From an uncultured Methylomirabilota bacterium (lineage in GTDB: Bacteria > Methylomirabilota > Methylomirabilia > Methylomirabilales > 2-02-FULL-66-22): DNA of 64,000 bases. Of this stretch, positions 50,139 through 59,686 are shown piece after piece. A model generated the notes under the pieces. The model was not told the origin of the DNA. It did not search any database and was given only the letters and a program-made list of their open reading frames with translations. Every line of letters starts with the position of its first letter. The first letter of the stretch is position 1. Location of the stretch: contig CAWJSJ010000004.1 of NCBI GenBank assembly GCA_963845565.1, forward strand, positions 129,298 through 193,297. Direction: 5' to 3'. The translations under genes were made by a program, and so were the position numbers.

Positions 50139-51127
50139 TCACGTCTTGCTGAGAATCCGCTCGGCGGCGCTGCGAACAGCGTCCTTGAGTTCTTGAGGCC
50201 GGAGGATCGTCACGCCGCCGCCGAATCCCAGGAGCCACCCGACCAGCTCCGGCGTGGCGGCGACGGTGAGGGTCATCCGGAGGCGGCCGGTCTTCTGGGG
50301 CTCGAGCTTCTGGCTGGGGTGCCAGGTCCGGTCCTTCACCCAGGCGGTGGTGGCCTTATCGAAGAGAAGCTCGACGGTGACGGGCTTTCCCCGCATCACC
50401 CGAAGAGCGTCCCCGACGTAGGCCTCCAGGTCGAAGCTGAGGGGAAGCTGGAAGGCGTGGTCGGTGAGGGTGCAGCTCCGGATCCGCTCCACGGCGAAGA
50501 GCCGGACGGACTCGCGCAGGTGGCAGTAGGCGACCAAATAGAGTGCGCCGTTCGCGTACCACAAACGGTAGGGGTTCACTTCCCGCCGCGTGGTCTGGTT
50601 CCGGCTGGCGGTGAAATACCGGAGCTGGACCGTCCGGCCCTTGGTGATCGCCTCGGTCAGTTTGTCGATGGTCTCCTTGTGCTGGCGGTAGCTCACGTGA
50701 GGACCGAGGCCGATGGCGAAGCAACCGTCCAGTTGTTGGAGGTACGCGTGGCCCGGGGCGGGGAGGGCGGTCGCGGCCTTCCCCAGGGCAGAGTCGAGGG
50801 ATGCCTGGAGCTGGGTCCCCTCCAAGGGGCGCAGGAGGCCCCGGCTAAACGTCAAGGCCATCAGTTCCGTCGGGGAGAAGGCGAGCGCGGGGATATTGCG
50901 GAAGCCCTCCATCAGCTTCCAGACCACGCCGCGGCCGTCGACCTTCTCCGTGAGGAGGGGGAATCCCGCGGCTTCCAGTGCTTCCAGATCCCGGCGGATC
51001 GTCCGGTGGTGCCGCGTGAAATCGGCGGGGAGTCCGTCCGCCAGCGCCTGGAGCGTCAGCCCTCCCGGGACACCTCGAGGGTGCGGAGCAGGTGCCACTG
51101 GCGGGTGACCTGGTCGTTCCGGGGCAT
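50139..51127 (-). pseudogene. HTH-WYL domain transcriptional regulator, one frame change near 51058-51062
   Basis: MPRNDQVTRQWHLLRTLEVSREG (frame 1) continues as LTLQALADGLPADFTRHHRTIRRDLEALEAAGFPL...; WYL region NPYRLWYANGALYLVAYC. Confidence 0.75.
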
Positions 51128-51533
51128 GCCGACCCTCCCAATTTCGGGGTCCACCTCGCAAATCCGATGTCGTGACGCCCGGGACTCTGACACATTCCCT
51201 GGCCTCGAGCAATCACAGCGTGGCAATTGTCCGCCTGCGTCTGCAACCCGCGGTCGGCCCCAAATGCGCGACACAGATGGGAGCCGTGTTCGGTATGCGG
51301 TGTGAAGAACCTCGGTCGCAGATTGAGCCCGCGCTCGTGCCTGCCCTCGGTGACACGGCGCTCTTCCGGACGCCTCTCCTGTTCGCGTCAGGTGGTGGGG
51401 GGCTCGTGGAAACTCTGCGAGGTTCCCGTGGGGTTAGGGCGTCTCCTTGAGGAGTCGCTTGACCAGTCGGACGAACTCCGTCGCTTCGTCAGGAGGTTGC
51501 GAGCCTCGGTCTCCGCGATGCGGCCCGCCATCC

Positions 51534-52225
51534 AGTCAGAACTTCATCGGCGCACCTGGTGCGACCATTCAGCAGGCCCTCTACATTCCGCCAGAGCCCT
51601 CCCGGGTGCCGGCGTATATGGACAACTGGGAGAAATACTACCACGCGGACGAGCGGGATCCCTTGGTGCAGCTCGCCCTGATCCATGCCCAGTTCGAACT
51701 GATCCATGCGTTTCTGGATGGCAATGGTCGACTCGGCCGGATCCTCGTCCCGATCTTCCTCTACGAACGGCAGCTCCTCGCTCGGCCGATGTTCTACCTC
51801 TCCGCGTACCTCGAGAGCCACCGCGAGGAGTATGTGGGGTTGTTGCGGGGACTGGACGGGCCGGAGACGTGGAGCCCATGGATCGCCTTTTTCCTGCGCG
51901 CCCTGACCGAGCAGGCGCGGGAAGGCGCCACGAAGGCCAGGCGGATCCTGGCCCTGTACGGGCGCCTCAAGGGCGAAATCCTGGAGTTGACCCATTCCCA
52001 GTTCGCCGTCCCGCTCCTCGACCGACTCTTCCACCAGCCGGTGTTTGCGAGCAGCACGCTGGTTGCCGACAAGGCCATGCCGAGCAAACCCATGGTCATG
52101 GCGCTGCTCCGAAAGCTGCGAGATGCCGGCATCCTGGTGGTGGTCCGCGAAGGGAGCGGCCGGCGGGCCAGATCCTCGCCCTGGGCGAACTGGTGAATCT
52201 CTGCGAAGGGAAGCGGGCTTTCTGA
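51534..52225 (+). pseudogene. Fic/DOC family protein, 5'-truncated with a frame change near 52165
   Basis: SQNFIGAPGATIQQALYIPPEP...HAFLDGNGRLGR (Fic motif)...; tail GSGRRA / QILALGELVNLCEGKRAF is in another frame; the usual N-terminal ~170 aa are absent. Confidence 0.8.
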
Positions 52226-52404
52226 GGAGCGGGGGCCCGGCTGCAGCGATCAATCCCTGTCCTTGCTTTCCAGCGCCCGAGTGCCTCTGCAGTACTGTTG
52301 TCTCCCCATCACGCCATCCCCCCTTTCCGCCTCGTTCTGTTCCTTGCCGGCTACCAGTTGCTGGAAACGCCGGAAGCTCTGCGCATAGCGCGCTCCCAGT
52401 CTAT

Positions 52405-52511
52405 GCAGATGCTGGCGACGTGAAGCCGGCCATCCAGCGGCTCACCGCCTTTCTCGCCGCTCCCGAGGTGGCGGCAGCGACCGACCCTGAGATCCGGGCC
52501 ACCCGGCGGCG
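52405..52511 (+). repeat. Diverged duplicate of the vWA gene 3' end (matches 56722-56828)
   Basis: ADAGDVKPAIQRLTAFLAAPEVAAATDPEIRATRRR vs ADAGDVKEAIQRLTAFLAAPEVAAATDPEIQAARRR; 107 nt, no indel, about 11 mismatches by eye. Confidence 0.8.
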
Positions 52512-52593
52512 GATCCGGTCCGTTTGAGGCGACTCGCGGATCTCGGCAGGCGAGATGGTCTCGCGCTTGATCCGGCCGGAGCGGAGCAGATCG

Positions 52594-52954
52594 TCAAGCG
52601 CCATCGGGGGACCCCAGGAGGGGAATCAGTGGGCCGGCGAGGATCCGGGCGACGAAGCTGCCCCGTTCGCGGCGCCGGCGAGCGAATTCGCGGGGCGTCA
52701 AGGTCGTCTCCCGGCTGTAAGGAACGTTTGAGCCGACGGACGGCGGCGCGAGCCTCCAGGGACCGAATGGGCTGGGCGAGAAAGGACCGGCCTGCAAAGG
52801 GAAAGCGGCAGAGGGTGGGGACCAGGTCGTCGAACAGGCGGTCGAGGAGGCGATCAAACGCCCCGCGCCCCTCCTCGCCGAGGAAAGTCTGGATGGCCCC
52901 AAGGTTCTCGGCGAAGTTGTGGGTAAAGACCGGCGCGAGCCGCTTACCGGCCAT
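52594..52954 (-). pseudogene. parE: ParE/RelE-family toxin, one frame change near 52695-52705
   Basis: MAGKRLAPVFTHNFAENLGAIQTFLGEEGRGAFDRLLDRLFDDLVPTLCRFPFAGRSF...; start overlaps the antitoxin stop (ATGGCCGGTAA). Confidence 0.6.
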
Positions 52955-53223
52955 AGCGGGTACGTAACTGACGTACCGTCAGGGTCCGACCGGCCGCGAT
53001 GTCGGCATCGCTGCGCGGCCTCGTGGAGAAGAAGCAGGTGGATCCGCTCCCGTTCCAAGCGGTGATAGTACTCCAACCGGTCGGCGCCAATCAGCGCGGC
53101 ACAGCTCTCGCCGTTCTTGGTGATCAGTTTTTCGACCGGACCGCCGGACACCTCCTCACACGGTTCGGTGAACTGGGCACGCGCCTTGGTGAGGGGGACA
53201 ACGTCTCGTGGCGACAGGGACAT
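52944..53223 (-). pseudogene. phd: Phd/YefM-family antitoxin, one frame change near 53008-53012
   Basis: MSLSPRDVVPLTKARAQFTEPCEEVSGGPVEKLITKNGESCAALIGADRLEYYHRLE..., tail DADIAAGRTLTVRQLRTRYGR in another frame; GGAGG RBS. Confidence 0.7.
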
Positions 53224-53380
53224 GGGACACCTCCTTCGCATGGACGGAGGATATGCACTGTACAGGATTCTGTCAAGTCGAGTCACCCACTGGACGCGCA
53301 CGGAGGCCCTCGGGTATGAAACAAACCAGGATGGGTGACACCGGTGGGAAAAGCCGTCTACGGGGAGGAGGTCCCTGACC

Positions 53381-53615
53381 GTGAAGAAGACCCGGAAGGT
53401 TCAGCGTTTCACCGTGGTTCTGGAGCGCGACGAGGACGGGTTCTACGTGGCGTCCATTCCGGCCCGCGCGGGGTGCCCCCGGCCGATCACTGGACAGGCC
53501 ATGCGGCGCATTCGGGAGGCGGCGGGCAGAGGCTGGAGGTCCGTCGGGAAGGCGGGGCGGATCGCTGCCGACCTTGGATCTGGTCGGAGTCCAGCAGCTC
53601 GAGATCCCCGCATGA
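53381..53615 (+). pseudogene. hicB: HicB-family antitoxin, at least three frame changes
   Basis: VKKTRKVQRFTVVLERDEDGFYVASIPA.., QAMRRIREAA, RLEVRREGG and LPTLDLVGVQQLEIPA are spread over all three frames. Confidence 0.65.
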
Positions 53616-53701
53616 CCCGCCTTGCCCCCATCTCCGCCCGCGAGTTGCAGGCAATGCTCTCCCGGCTGGGATTTCAGCTGGTCCGACAGAAGAGGTCGTA
53701 A
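53612..53701 (+). pseudogene. hicA: HicA-family toxin, 3'-truncated fragment
   Basis: MTRLAPISARELQAMLSRLGFQLVRQK then stop; ATGA overlap with hicB. Confidence 0.6.
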
Positions 53702-54266
53702 ATGGAGAAGGGCACGGTGGAGCGCATCCCTGCCGAGCGCGTTGCGCGGGCGATCGTGCTGGTGCGTGGGCAGCGTGTACTCTTGGACAGGGACTTGGCG
53801 GTTCTGTACGGGGTGGAGACGCGCGTGCTGAATCAAGCGGTACGGCGGAACATCGTGCGGTTCCCGCCGGATTTCCTGTTCAGGCTCACCCGCGAAGAGA
53901 TTCGGGACATATCACAAATTGTGACATGTTCGACCATCAAGCACGCCCGCAGCGTGAACGCGTTCACCGAGCAGGGGGTGGCGATGCTCTCGAGCGTCCT
54001 CAAGAGCGAGCGGGCGATTGCGGTCAATATTGCCATCATGCGGGCGTTCGTGCGGCTGCGCGAGACGACGTCTTTGCAGAACGACCTTATCACCAAGCTC
54101 GGCGATCTGGAGGCAAGATCGGACAAGACGCGAGATTCGCACGCTAGTGGACGCCATCCGCCAGCTCATGGCCCCGCCGGAGAAGGCCTGGCGGCCCCCC
54201 GACGTCCCAAGGAACGCGTCTCGCTGTCCCTGTCGGATATCCCTGTCGCCCCTCGGCTTCGGGTGA
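53702..54266 (+). pseudogene. ORF6N (KilA-N-like) domain protein, frame change near 54130
   Basis: IVLVRGQRVLLDRDLAVLYGVETRVLNQAVRRNIVRFPPDFLFRLT...FTEQGVAMLSSVLKSERAIAVNIAIMRAFVRLRE; tail EIRTLVDAIRQLMAPPEK in another frame. Confidence 0.75.
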
Positions 54267-54486
54267 GGCAGGGGTCCGGCGTACCGAGTGCGGCGGCCGC
54301 GGCGCCCAGGCGGGCAGTCAGGAGTGGAATAAGATAAACAAATTACGGTCGACGAATTGCTCAGCTCCCCGCAGCGAGCCGCAGCCAGGCCGGTGGCCGC
54401 GGTGTGATTGCGAAGCCGGTTTCACGTGGTATGAAGGTGCCGTCGGTGCACAGATCGCGGGCGCTGAATGGGTCAGGGGGGCAGCC

Positions 54487-54795
54487 ATGACGCTGAGCCG
54501 GGAGGAGCGGGAACGGCTCAAACGCGAGGTCGTGGCCTGTTTGAGCGGCGAACCGGAAGTCCGACGGGTGGTGCTCTTCGGATCGTTCGTGACGAGTCCG
54601 ACGCCGCACGACTTGGATGTGGCGGTCTTCCAGGAAAGTGACGAGGGCTACCTGCCCCTCGCGCTCAAGTACCGCCGACTGCTCCGGAGGGTCGCGGAAA
54701 CGATCCCCGTGGATGTCCTCCCCCTCCGCTCCGCTGGGACGACCGGGGAATTCCTGAAAGAGGTGGAGCGGGGCGAGGTGGTGTATGTCCGCTGA
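54487..54795 (+). CDS. Minimal nucleotidyltransferase (MNT) antitoxin
   Basis: VVLFGSFVTSPTPHDLDVAV (GS...D.D motif); intact 102 aa. Confidence 0.8.
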   Translation: MTLSREERERLKREVVACLSGEPEVRRVVLFGSFVTSPTPHDLDVAVFQESDEGYLPLALKYRRLLRRVAETIPVDVLPLRSAGTTGEFLKEVERGEVVYVR

Positions 54796-55175
54796 GGCGC
54801 GCCGCTGGTTGGGGTATGCGGAAGAGAATCGGCGCGCCGCGGAACTCTGTCTGCAGGCGAACCCATCAACCCGTGCTTGCAGAATGCCCAGCAGGCGGTG
54901 AGAAGGCACTCAAGGCCCTGCATCTCGGCAGTGGACTTTCCCTCAAGAGGACCCACAGCATCGGGGAACTTCGGAGAGATCTTCTCCGCGCGCAGGTAGA
55001 CCCCGGACTGACAGCGGATGCCGCCGACCTCTTGGATACGATCTACCTCCCATCGAAGTATCCCCTCGGCTCTGTCTTGCCGGATTTCGAGCCCGACGTC
55101 ACGATGGCACAACGCTGCGTGGCGCTTGCCAATGAAGTGCTCACCGCAGCCGGCAAACGATTCCCCTCGGAATAG
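54785..55175 (+). pseudogene. HEPN domain toxin partner of MNT, two frame changes
   Basis: MSAEARRWLGYAEENRRAAELCLQA / PINPCLQNAQQAV / EKALKALHLGSGLSLKRTHSIGELRRDL (R-x4-H motif); start overlaps the MNT stop by 11 nt. Confidence 0.7.
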
Positions 55176-55403
55176 CGCGTTTCGTTTCCCCCCACCGTTC
55201 GTATGCAGTTCCCTCAGCGACTGTTCAGTCTCGACGCCTTGACCGACCGCGAGCATCGTTGACCTGGTTGTCCACCGCCTTCGGACCGTCCGCAACCTCC
55301 TGCGTGCGCCCCAGCGCCCCTGCACCTCGGCGCCTCTGTCGCCTTCAGGTTTCCCTGTCCCGCTCGCTGTCGCTGGCGCACACGCCCTGCCCGCTGTTCT
55401 CCC

Positions 55404-55615
55404 CAATCTGCAATCTGCATTCGACAATCCGCAATTCCCATTGTGACCCCACATGTCACACATGTATGGCATCCTCGTCGCGTCGGCGCTTGAACTTGAT
55501 TGCCGATTGCCGATTGATGATTGCCGATTGCTGAACAAAGCGTAAGGCGCTGAGCGCTTAGCGCCAGAGGATTCCGTTCTCTGCCGGCTGCCAACTGCCC
55601 GCTGCCAGCTGGCCC
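55404..55615. repeat. ~210 bp of uninterrupted 7-bp phase (about 30 heptads)
   Basis: CAATCTG CAATCTG CATTCGA CAATCCG CAATTCC ... GCCGATT GCCGATT GATGATT GCCGATT GCTGAAC ... CTGCCGG CTGCCAA CTGCCCG CTGCCAG CTGGCCC. Confidence 0.75.
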
Positions 55616-55632
55616 TGGAAGGGAGGCTTCTT

Positions 55633-56946
55633 ATGTCGGAACCCGCATCGCCAAATCGCCAAATTGCCCAGTTGCCGCACGCCGTCCTGATGCGTCTGGA
55701 CATCATCCCCGAACGCCCGTGCCTGCCGGTCGGCGAGGTCACCTCCCTTCCCGTCCTCATCCGCCTCACCGCGCCCACCGTTCCCCAGATGGCCCGGAAG
55801 CCCCTCAACCTCTGTCTCGTGATCGATCGGAGTGGCTCGATGGCAGACGAGAAGCTCCGCCACACCATCGCCTCGGCCAAGTTCGTGGTCGAGCGACTGG
55901 CGGCCACCGACCTCCTTTCGGTGGTCCAGTTCGACGAGCGGGTGAAAGTCGTCATCCCGCCGGGACCCGTGACCGATCGGGCGCACCTCTGCCGTCGCCT
56001 GGACGGCATCCACGCCGGCGGGCAGACGAACCTCTCGGGCGGCTGGCTGCGTGGCGCGGCCTGTGTCCGGGAGCGGCAGGCGCCCGATTACATCAACCGG
56101 GTCATCCTGCTCACCGACGGCCAGGCCAATCACGGGATCACCGATCCGGCTGTCCTGGTGAAGCATGCGGCGGAATTGACCGAAGAGGGAATCACCACAA
56201 CGACGATAGGTTACGGCGAAGACTTCAACGAAGATCTCCTGACGGCATTGGCCGATGCCGGCCGGGGAAACGCCTACCACGTCGAGACCGCGGACCAGGC
56301 GCCGACCATCTTCGCGCGGGAATTGGAAGGACTCCTGGCGATCGCCGCCCAGAACGTCCGGGTGACGTTCACCCCGAGCGGTCTCGTCCGGCGGGTGGAC
56401 CTCTGTTCAACCATGGAGCACCACCGGGACGGGAGGACCCTCACCGTCACCGTGGGCGATCTCGTCAGCGAGGACACCCGGTCCCTGCTTCTCATCCTCC
56501 GGACCGATCCCGGGAAGAAGGAGGGGTGGGCGGATCTGGGGACGGTCACCGTCACGTACGACGACGTGGTCGGGGGGATTTGTTCCAGGACCCTCACCCA
56601 CGAGGTCGTCGTCGGAGCGATCGCCCCCGCGAAAGTCGCCGCCATCCCGCCGGATGCCGCGGTGGGCAAAGAACTGCTCATCCTCCGTGCCGCGAAAGTC
56701 CTCCAGGCTGCCATCACCGAGGCAGATGCTGGCGACGTGAAGGAGGCCATCCAGCGGCTCACCGCCTTCCTCGCCGCTCCCGAGGTTGCGGCAGCCACCG
56801 ATCCCGAGATCCAGGCCGCCCGCCGGCGACTCAAGGAGATGCTCCACGATCTCCAGGATCGGGGGTTCGACAAGATGTCCCGGAAGCACATGGTCTATTC
56901 CAGTCGCGAGTGGACCCAGGGCAGGTCGAAGGGAGGGGCTGACTAG
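55633..56946 (+). CDS. von Willebrand factor A (vWA) domain protein
   Basis: MIDAS DRSGSM, ...GGQTNLSGG..., LLTDGQAN; intact 437 aa with a helical C-terminal region. Confidence 0.85.
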   Translation: MSEPASPNRQIAQLPHAVLMRLDIIPERPCLPVGEVTSLPVLIRLTAPTVPQMARKPLNLCLVIDRSGSMADEKLRHTIASAKFVVERLAATDLLSVVQFDERVKVVIPPGPVTDRAHLCRRLDGIHAGGQTNLSGGWLRGAACVRERQAPDYINRVILLTDGQANHGITDPAVLVKHAAELTEEGITTTTIGYGEDFNEDLLTALADAGRGNAYHVETADQAPTIFARELEGLLAIAAQNVRVTFTPSGLVRRVDLCSTMEHHRDGRTLTVTVGDLVSEDTRSLLLILRTDPGKKEGWADLGTVTVTYDDVVGGICSRTLTHEVVVGAIAPAKVAAIPPDAAVGKELLILRAAKVLQAAITEADAGDVKEAIQRLTAFLAAPEVAAATDPEIQAARRRLKEMLHDLQDRGFDKMSRKHMVYSSREWTQGRSKGGAD

Positions 56947-58160
56947 AGCTCCGCGAATGGCAGGGCCGTGACGCCCGGGGCGAGCGGCAAGCGGACCTCG
57001 CCGGCGTGAACCACGTAGCCGGGCGCGGCCTTGGTGCCGAGCAGTTCGCGAAAGGCGACGATTCCCGAGGCCATCGCCGGCCGTGGGGTGGCGGAGGTCT
57101 TCACCTCGATGGGGACGAGAACCGACCCCGTGTCCACGACGAAGTCCACTTCTGCGCCGGTGGAGGTCCGCCAGAAGTACACCTCGGGGTCGATCCCGCG
57201 CCCACCCAGGCCTTTCACGAGTTCTGCGAGAACGGCGGTCTCGAAGATCGCGCCGGCCATCGGACCGGCGGCCGCGTGGGTCGCGTCCCGCAGTCCGGCC
57301 AGGAAGCACAGGATCCCGGTATCAGTGAAGTACACCTTGGGGGTCTTCACGAGACGCTTGCCGACGTTGGCAAAGTAGGGGCGCACGATCCGGATCTGAT
57401 GGGTGGCTTCCAGGACCGAGAGCCACGCCTTGGCGGTGTTCACCGCGACCCCGAGGTCGCGGGCCAAGTCGGTCAGGTTGAGAAGCTGCCCGCTCCGGGC
57501 CGCCAGTCCCCGCAGGAAGACCTGGAAGAGCGTGAGGTCGCCGACCTGGCGCAGGACGCGGACATCCCGCTCCAGGTAGGTTTGGATATAGCTGGCGTGC
57601 CAGAGGGCCGGCTCCCGCTTCGGATGGGCGGCGAGTTCCGGGTAGCCGCCCCGGAGCAGATGTGCCCAGAGGGCGCGAAGGGGCGGGACCTGGCGGAGGG
57701 TGCCGGTCCGTTCCCATGGCAGCGGCCGACCAGGTTCGCCCGCAAGCTCACGATGGGACAAGGGCAAGAGCCGTAGGGTGGCGGCACGACCGGCCAGGGA
57801 CTCGGTGATCTGCGCCATCAGGAGCAGGTTCTGGGACCCGGTCAGGAGATACTGGCCCGTGGCCGCCCGGCGGGCGTCGATCCGCTCCTTGACATAGGGC
57901 AAGAGGTCGGGCGCGTACTGGACCTCGTCGAGGATGACCGGCGGGGGATACAAGTCCAGAAAGCCCCGCGGGTCCGCGGCAGCCGCCGCGCGGACGTCCG
58001 GCGCCTCCAGGGACACATACCGGGCGCGGCGGCCGAACAGGCGGGCGAGGAGCGTCGTTTTCCCGGCCTGGCGAGGACCGGTGAGCACCACCGCGGGGAA
58101 CTCCCTGGCCGCCTGCCGCAGAACGGGCTCCAGGGTACGAGGGATGTAACGGGTGGCCAT
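56943..58160 (-). CDS. AAA ATPase with DUF4143 domain
   Basis: LTGPRQAGKTTL Walker A, ILDEVQ Walker B, C-terminal DUF4143-like region; intact 405 aa. Confidence 0.8.
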   Translation of the reverse strand: MATRYIPRTLEPVLRQAAREFPAVVLTGPRQAGKTTLLARLFGRRARYVSLEAPDVRAAAAADPRGFLDLYPPPVILDEVQYAPDLLPYVKERIDARRAATGQYLLTGSQNLLLMAQITESLAGRAATLRLLPLSHRELAGEPGRPLPWERTGTLRQVPPLRALWAHLLRGGYPELAAHPKREPALWHASYIQTYLERDVRVLRQVGDLTLFQVFLRGLAARSGQLLNLTDLARDLGVAVNTAKAWLSVLEATHQIRIVRPYFANVGKRLVKTPKVYFTDTGILCFLAGLRDATHAAAGPMAGAIFETAVLAELVKGLGGRGIDPEVYFWRTSTGAEVDFVVDTGSVLVPIEVKTSATPRPAMASGIVAFRELLGTKAAPGYVVHAGEVRLPLAPGVTALPFAEL

Positions 58161-58268
58161 GCGGGCTCTCCTGTCTGTGCAATTATGCATTTGGAGTGCA
58201 CGATTGCAAGGCCAAAATTCACCGGCGGCAGGTGGAACAGGGAGACTGCACTCCGTCTCTCTGACTCG

Positions 58269-58339
58269 CTGCCTTCTGCCCGCTGGTAGCTGTACTTCAG
58301 TCCCCTGCCAGCTGCCATCTGCCCGCTGCTAGCTGGTCG
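58269..58339. repeat. Two adjacent CTGCCAG heptad modules
   Basis: CTGCCTT CTGCCCG CTGGTAG CTGTACT ... CTGCCAG CTGCCAT CTGCCCG CTGCTAG CTGGTCG, ending 5 nt before ATG 58345. Confidence 0.75.
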
Positions 58340-58344
58340 AAACG

Positions 58345-58669
58345 ATGAGCGGTCGAACCGGATCGGCCGGACGGAGGAACGGCAGGGACGGATCGAGGTG
58401 TACGACACGCAATCCAACCGCATCGGCGAGGGGGTGCGGCAACCGGACGGCAGCATCGACTTTCGGGACCCGCAGGGGAATCGGATTGGACGCACCGGCC
58501 CGCCGAGCACCGACGGCTCGGTGCGGTTTGACGATGCGCGTCCAACCGCGTCGGGCAGGGCAGGCCCGACACCACGGGGCGCTATCAGTACGAGGACCGG
58601 GGATCCACCCGGCGCGGCAGCGGCGACGCCTCGGGCCCCGTGTGGCTCCAGCGCGGCTCGCGGAAGTAG
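58345..58669 (+). pseudogene. Small tandem-repeat protein (SNR[IV]G repeats); start and frame unresolved
   Basis: ERSNRIGRTEERQGRIEVYD TQSNRIGEGVRQPDGSIDFRD PQGNRIGRTGPPSTDGSVRFDDA then (other frame) SNRVGQGRPDTTGRYQYEDRGSTRRGSGDASGPVWLQRGSRK*. Confidence 0.35.
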
Positions 58670-58738
58670 GCCGATGTTTCCGACTGCGCACGGAGGCGGG
58701 ACGGCGGCATTGGGGCGTTCTTTCCGCGTCCCAGCCCA

Positions 58739-58766
58739 CTGCCACCTGCTTCCTGCCAGCTGGTTT
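58739..58766. repeat. CTGCCAG heptad module
   Basis: CTGCCAC CTGCTTC CTGCCAG CTGGTTT. Confidence 0.6.
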
Positions 58767-58890
58767 CCATGGTGCCCAACGCCAGACACGTGCACGCGGG
58801 TCGGGCTACGCCCTTGCACCGTGCAGAGGTGTCTGTTATACATCCCACCGGGCTTTCGCCCGTCCTTGGAAGCTTGGAGCTCGACGGCCG

Positions 58891-59427
58891 ATGTCCTCAG
58901 ACCTTACTGAGATATGGACAATCCATGCGATTCGGGCACAATACACGCTCCCCTGGCGGGGTACTCACGGCATCACCCACTGGGCCAGGGTGCGAGAGGC
59001 GGGGCTCCGCCTGGCGGCACGGACTGGCGCCAATCTGGCCGTCGTGGAGTTGTTCGCGGTGCTGCACGACGCCCGCCGCCGGAACGAGGGGGTGGACCCC
59101 GGCCACGGCGGGCGGGGAGCGGACTTCGCCGCCACACTCCGGGGCACGCTGATTCATCTCGCCCAGGCCGAGTTCGCGCTCCTTCACACTGCCTGTGCCG
59201 ACCATACCAAGGGGTTGCTCGACGCCGACATCACGATCCAGACCTGCTGGGACGCGGACCGACTGGACCTCGGTCGGGTTGGTACCACACCGGACCCGGC
59301 GCGGTTGTGCACCGCCGCGGCCCGGGATCCTGACATGATCCGATGGGCCGGGCAGCGCAGCGGCGGGGAGTATGTGCCACCGGTGGTGGACCAGGAGTGG
59401 GATGGGGGGCGGCGCACGCGGAGGTAA
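58891..59427 (+). CDS. HD-domain-like hypothetical protein
   Basis: THGITHWARV...FAVLHDARR...CWDADRLDLGRVG; intact 178 aa; decayed paralogue at 49.8-50.0 kb. Confidence 0.6.
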   Translation: MSSDLTEIWTIHAIRAQYTLPWRGTHGITHWARVREAGLRLAARTGANLAVVELFAVLHDARRRNEGVDPGHGGRGADFAATLRGTLIHLAQAEFALLHTACADHTKGLLDADITIQTCWDADRLDLGRVGTTPDPARLCTAAARDPDMIRWAGQRSGGEYVPPVVDQEWDGGRRTRR

Positions 59428-59686
59428 AGGAGTGGGCGGAGTCAATTGGAGGATCGGATGTTTTCGGACGCATGCTAGTTCCAGCTTTTCACCCGGGAAC
59501 TGAGGTACCGGACACCTTTTGACGCGTAACCATTTGATTTCCTTGAAGCGCCAATCAGATTCTTCTGCCAAATACGACAAGTTGCGCGAGTCCGGCACCT
59601 CCCTGCCTCGCCTACCCGCCACCGCGTGATGGCACGAGGGCGTGCGTGTCGAGTCATCTCGTGGTCGTCGTGCCCGGCGCCAGCAC

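Noticed and set aside
51434-51530. Minus-strand frame ending ...PPDEATEFVRLVKRLLKETP* that looks like a real protein C-terminus
   Set aside because: Only about 30 codons are open, with no start codon, and it overlaps the Fic remnant. At best it is a fragment.
52530-52604. Minus-strand MALDDLLRSGRIKRETISPAEIRE, resembling the N-terminus of HEPN-domain proteins
   Set aside because: Only about 25 residues lie before the sequence runs into the vWA 3' remnant. This is insufficient for a family call.
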